Positions 60,949 through 64,000 of a stretch of DNA of 64,000 nucleotides are shown here, piece after piece (positions within the stretch are counted from its first letter, which is position 1; each line of letters begins with the position of its first letter). Location: IMG/VR virus record IMGVR_UViG_3300027836_000008. One strand, written 5' to 3'. The stretch comes from a virus. A model generated the notes under the pieces. The model saw nothing but the letters and a program-made list of their open reading frames with translations. It was not told the origin of the DNA and did not search any database. The translations under genes were made by a program, and so were the position numbers.

Positions 60949-63195
60949 TTACCATTTTTCATTCCTCCTTGAACCACCTGAATTTGCTCCAGTTGCTGAA
61001 CCACCAGATGGGGCAGCAGGTGCTGATCCTCCAGTAGCCAAACCTACAGCGTTAAGTGCTGCTCCTGTTGCAACTACTGTTGCTACAACCATATCGGTTG
61101 CCTCTTCTCTTTCGCTTGGAGTCATATCTGCTCCAATGCTTCCAAGTGCTGCAATCGCTGCTCCTGGGTCTGTAAATGCTGCCTCAAGCAATGCTCCTGG
61201 ATCTTGTACAAGTTCTACATTTGCTGCCACCTCTGCAGTAATAACAAGCACCTCACCGTTCTCAGATGTTCTCAATTCAATTGGTGTTGAAGGTGGAAGA
61301 TCAGAGTATGAGACTCCAGATGCTTGAACTTGTGCTGCTGAGATTGACTCTCCAGCCTTAAGGTTTGCTACTAATGCTTCTACTACAACCTCTTTTTGTT
61401 CTTCAGTTAACTCTTTTCCATCTTTTGCGTCTTCAATAATCTTTTCTAACTTCTCTTCTTCTGCCTTGGCCTTTTCTTCTTCTGCTTTAGTTGCTTCTTC
61501 TTCTGCTTTAGCAGCATCTAACTCTGCTTGTTTTGCTTCCGCTTCTGCCTTTGCATCTTCTTCTGCTTGTCTTGCAGCCTCAGCCTCTGCTTCTTTTGCC
61601 TCTGATTCAGCCTTTGCATTTTCTTCAGCCTGTCTTGCTGCCTCTGCTTCTGCTTCTAATCTTTCTGCCTCTGCTTTTGCCTCTGCTTCTGCTTGGGCTT
61701 CAGCCTCAGCCTTTGCTTGGGCTGCTGCTTCTTCCGCTGCTACTCTGTCTGCTTCTGCTTTTGCTGCTGCTTCTTCCGCAGCCTTGGCCTCTGCCTCTGC
61801 CTTAGCCTTTGCCGCTTCTGCTGCTGCAGCCTCTGCCTGTGCTCTTACTGCTGCAGCCTCTGCTGCAATTCTAGACTGCTCTGCTGCGTATGCTTGCTCT
61901 GCAGCAATACGAGCATTCTCTGCTGCGATGGCTGCTAGCCTTGCTTGCTCTGCTGCTTGTCTTTCAGCCTCTTCATTAGCAAGTGTCTGGCTAACTGTTG
62001 TATTTGCGTATGAAAGTTTATTATTCATAATGCTTACTGCGGTTCCTACCTGCAATAGCAATGAATCTAAATTATTTTGGGCATTTTGAAGATTATCTTC
62101 TGCCTCGATTAAGTCCTCTTCTGCTGTAGTAAGATCTGCCTCAAGAATAGTCAGCGCATCCTGTGCAACATCTAGATTGGTTCTTGCAGTTGCAAGGGCT
62201 TGAAGTTGTTGTGGCGTAGCAGTGGTTGTGCTGAACTCTGATGCAGGAATAACTTCCCATCCAGAGCCTGTATATCTCATTAAAGATACGTTAGCCCCTC
62301 CACCATTTTCGTAATACCACATTTTAAACTGCTTTGCAACGCCAGCGGTAGTCATAACATCTGCAGTGGATCCTCCGCCCCCCTTGTCAAACCAGTCATC
62401 AATAACTAATTCATTATCAAGATACAGTCGTACTCCGTCATCTGCTGGTGCTGTGATATATTGTGTTCCAGTAGTCTGTGGTGTCCAAATACCCTCCCAC
62501 TTGACCTGAAAATCTTCTGGGTATGTATTAGCAGGGCCACCTCCACCCCAAGGCTCATTAATTCCATTTGTATCAGTAGTGACTGATGTTACATATCCTG
62601 CACCCTCTGGTGGTCTATTGTTATATCCTAGATCTTGATATACAGTCATGGTAAGACCTGGAGATGTGTTTGCATTTACTGTAGCAGTAGCACTATCCAC
62701 AATTGTCTGTGTCAAACCAACAGTAGCAGTTTGAGAGTCTACTGCTATTTCTAGAATAGCAACATTTTCCTCAGCATCAGCAACCAAAACGGTAGCAGAA
62801 TCAACCTGAGCCATAACCACAGTAGCACTATCTACTACTGTTTGAGCCTGTATTATAGAGTCCTGAGCCTGTGTGATAGTGGCTGTAATGGTCTCTGTAG
62901 GGCTTGTAATGGCTGCTGCTTGTGTTTGTATTACTGCCGTAGCAGTTTCAGCCTGAGTTATAGCAGTCTGCGCTGCCTCAATTACGGCTGTTGGTGTAAC
63001 GGATACGACTGTACCAGTATCGGATGTTTGTACATTAAGTGTGGTGTCTGTTGAAATAGTTACAGTGCTTGTTTCTGAGGGGGTTACTTGGACAGTACTG
63101 ATATCATCAGCGTGAGCGGTATCCTGTGGAAATAAAAATAAACACAGGGCTAAAAGTGCTGTTATAAATGCTGATCTTAGTATTAATCTTTTAAT
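60949..63195 (-). CDS. Large secreted/membrane protein: Thr-rich region, PA14 domain, EAK-rich coiled coil, C-terminal anchor; probable ATT start
   Basis: Frame is open 125 codons upstream of the track start, to a signal peptide IKRLILRSAFITALLALCLFLF..AHA; PA14 ADDGVRLYLD..LVIDDW; (AEAE/AKAE)n. Confidence 0.8.
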   Translation of the reverse strand: MKRLILRSAFITALLALCLFLFPQDTAHADDISTVQVTPSETSTVTISTDTTLNVQTSDTGTVVSVTPTAVIEAAQTAITQAETATAVIQTQAAAITSPTETITATITQAQDSIIQAQTVVDSATVVMAQVDSATVLVADAEENVAILEIAVDSQTATVGLTQTIVDSATATVNANTSPGLTMTVYQDLGYNNRPPEGAGYVTSVTTDTNGINEPWGGGGPANTYPEDFQVKWEGIWTPQTTGTQYITAPADDGVRLYLDNELVIDDWFDKGGGGSTADVMTTAGVAKQFKMWYYENGGGANVSLMRYTGSGWEVIPASEFSTTTATPQQLQALATARTNLDVAQDALTILEADLTTAEEDLIEAEDNLQNAQNNLDSLLLQVGTAVSIMNNKLSYANTTVSQTLANEEAERQAAEQARLAAIAAENARIAAEQAYAAEQSRIAAEAAAVRAQAEAAAAEAAKAKAEAEAKAAEEAAAKAEADRVAAEEAAAQAKAEAEAQAEAEAKAEAERLEAEAEAARQAEENAKAESEAKEAEAEAARQAEEDAKAEAEAKQAELDAAKAEEEATKAEEEKAKAEEEKLEKIIEDAKDGKELTEEQKEVVVEALVANLKAGESISAAQVQASGVSYSDLPPSTPIELRTSENGEVLVITAEVAANVELVQDPGALLEAAFTDPGAAIAALGSIGADMTPSEREEATDMVVATVVATGAALNAVGLATGGSAPAAPSGGSATGANSGGSRRNEKW

Positions 63196-63257
63196 TAACC
63201 TTTCCCCCTTAGACAGACAATGTCTGTTAAGATGATTATACCATTTTATTACACAAA

Positions 63258-63287
63258 AAAGAGGGCTAGCACTTGGCTAACCCCCTT
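63258..63287 (-). terminator. Intrinsic terminator
   Basis: GGGGTTAGCC-AAGT-GCTAGCCCTC followed by a T-run on the minus strand. Confidence 0.55.
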
Positions 63288-63301
63288 AGTTGTTGGATTA
63301 A

Positions 63302-64000
63302 TTAAGCACGAACCTTCTTCTGGATCTTGACGACCAAAGCGGTAAGTGATGTCAACTGCTTCTTAAGTGAAGCAATTAGTGATGCAACCTGTGCTGATAG
63401 AGTAGCAACTGCTGTTACTGCTTCCTGAGCCTTTAGTGTTGCTGCATCTGCTGCCTTAGTTGCTGCTTCTGCTGCGAGGACCGCTGCATCTGCTGCCTTT
63501 GCAGCATCCTTTGCAGCATCTGCTGCCTTGTTTGTAACCTTTGCTGATGCAGAGACTACAACCTGACCTGCTACAGGAAGTGATGAACCGCCTGTTGCTG
63601 AGATCTTAACTTCAGTTTCAGTCAAAGGCATGAATACCTTGAATGTCTTAACTGTTGATGTATCTGTTGTTATAGAAACTCCAGTTAGAACATCTGATCC
63701 TGAACCAAATGCATATGTAGAAGTGATTCCACCTGTAGAAAATAGGTTAGAGTGTGTCTTTGCAGACAATGCAAGCCCTGACGCATCTACTGGAGTTACA
63801 GTAATAGTTGCTGCTTCTCCTGGAAGATACTCAGCCTTGTCAAATTCGATCTTGACTGAGGCAAGTGCACTCTCCACACGTACTGGTACTGCAATTGCTG
63901 AGACAATTCCAGACTTAACTGTAACTGCTACTCCGCCTGTTGCGACACCTGTAAGTGTAAATAGGGCTTCTCCGTTAACGATAGTTGCTGCTGTACCTGA
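63302..64000 (-). CDS. Ig-like/S-layer-type surface protein, C-terminal part (5' end beyond window)
   Basis: Frame is open to the window edge; beta-rich V/T/S segments; terminal coiled coil VATLSAQVASLIASLKKQLTSLTALVVKIQKKVRA. Confidence 0.75.
   Translation of the reverse strand, partial: SGTAATIVNGEALFTLTGVATGGVAVTVKSGIVSAIAVPVRVESALASVKIEFDKAEYLPGEAATITVTPVDASGLALSAKTHSNLFSTGGITSTYAFGSGSDVLTGVSITTDTSTVKTFKVFMPLTETEVKISATGGSSLPVAGQVVVSASAKVTNKAADAAKDAAKAADAAVLAAEAATKAADAATLKAQEAVTAVATLSAQVASLIASLKKQLTSLTALVVKIQKKVRA

Noticed and set aside
1-64000. CRISPR array
   Set aside because: No constant-length repeat-spacer series. The repeats seen are coding (fibre, PT, GXY, EAK) or dispersed regulatory motifs.
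1-64000. Prophage or bacterial chromosome origin of the window
   Set aside because: No integrase, att-like junction or housekeeping operon; gene density and content are phage-like throughout.

Overview
The window is 64 kb of a large, AT-rich tailed phage genome (Caudoviricetes). The host is almost certainly an Actinobacterium, probably freshwater acI/Nanopelagicales-like. Evidence for the host: a WhiB gene, many leaderless TGN-TANNNT promoters, an actinophage-type NGGSSMRD membrane protein and an acI-style surface protein. Layout: 1-21.2 kb holds minus-strand tail/virion genes with an embedded glycosylation cassette. 22.9-23.35 kb is a divergent promoter junction. 23.4-34.1 kb holds many short early genes in repeated promoter modules, followed by an origin-like repeat region at 33.7-34.65 kb. 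35-64 kb holds accessory, tailoring, lysis and surface genes. Eleven tRNA genes are present. No integrase, capsid, terminase, polymerase or CRISPR array was recognised. Best leads: (1) two virion-type proteins ending in catalytically complete Hint domains, one next to a prolyl-hydroxylase-like oxygenase, an O-fucosyltransferase-like GT and a GDP-mannose 3,5-epimerase; (2) a Nod-factor-like tailoring kit (carbamoyl-, methyl- and sulfotransferases, APS kinase-nucleotidyltransferase fusion, SGNH x4, 2OG oxygenase x6); (3) an early region packed with CRP boxes, DnaA boxes, a fixed-position TGTCAG promoter element and a covarying RNA hairpin; (4) a promoter-defined ~115-nt ncRNA candidate. All family calls come from motif recognition by eye; no database search was run.
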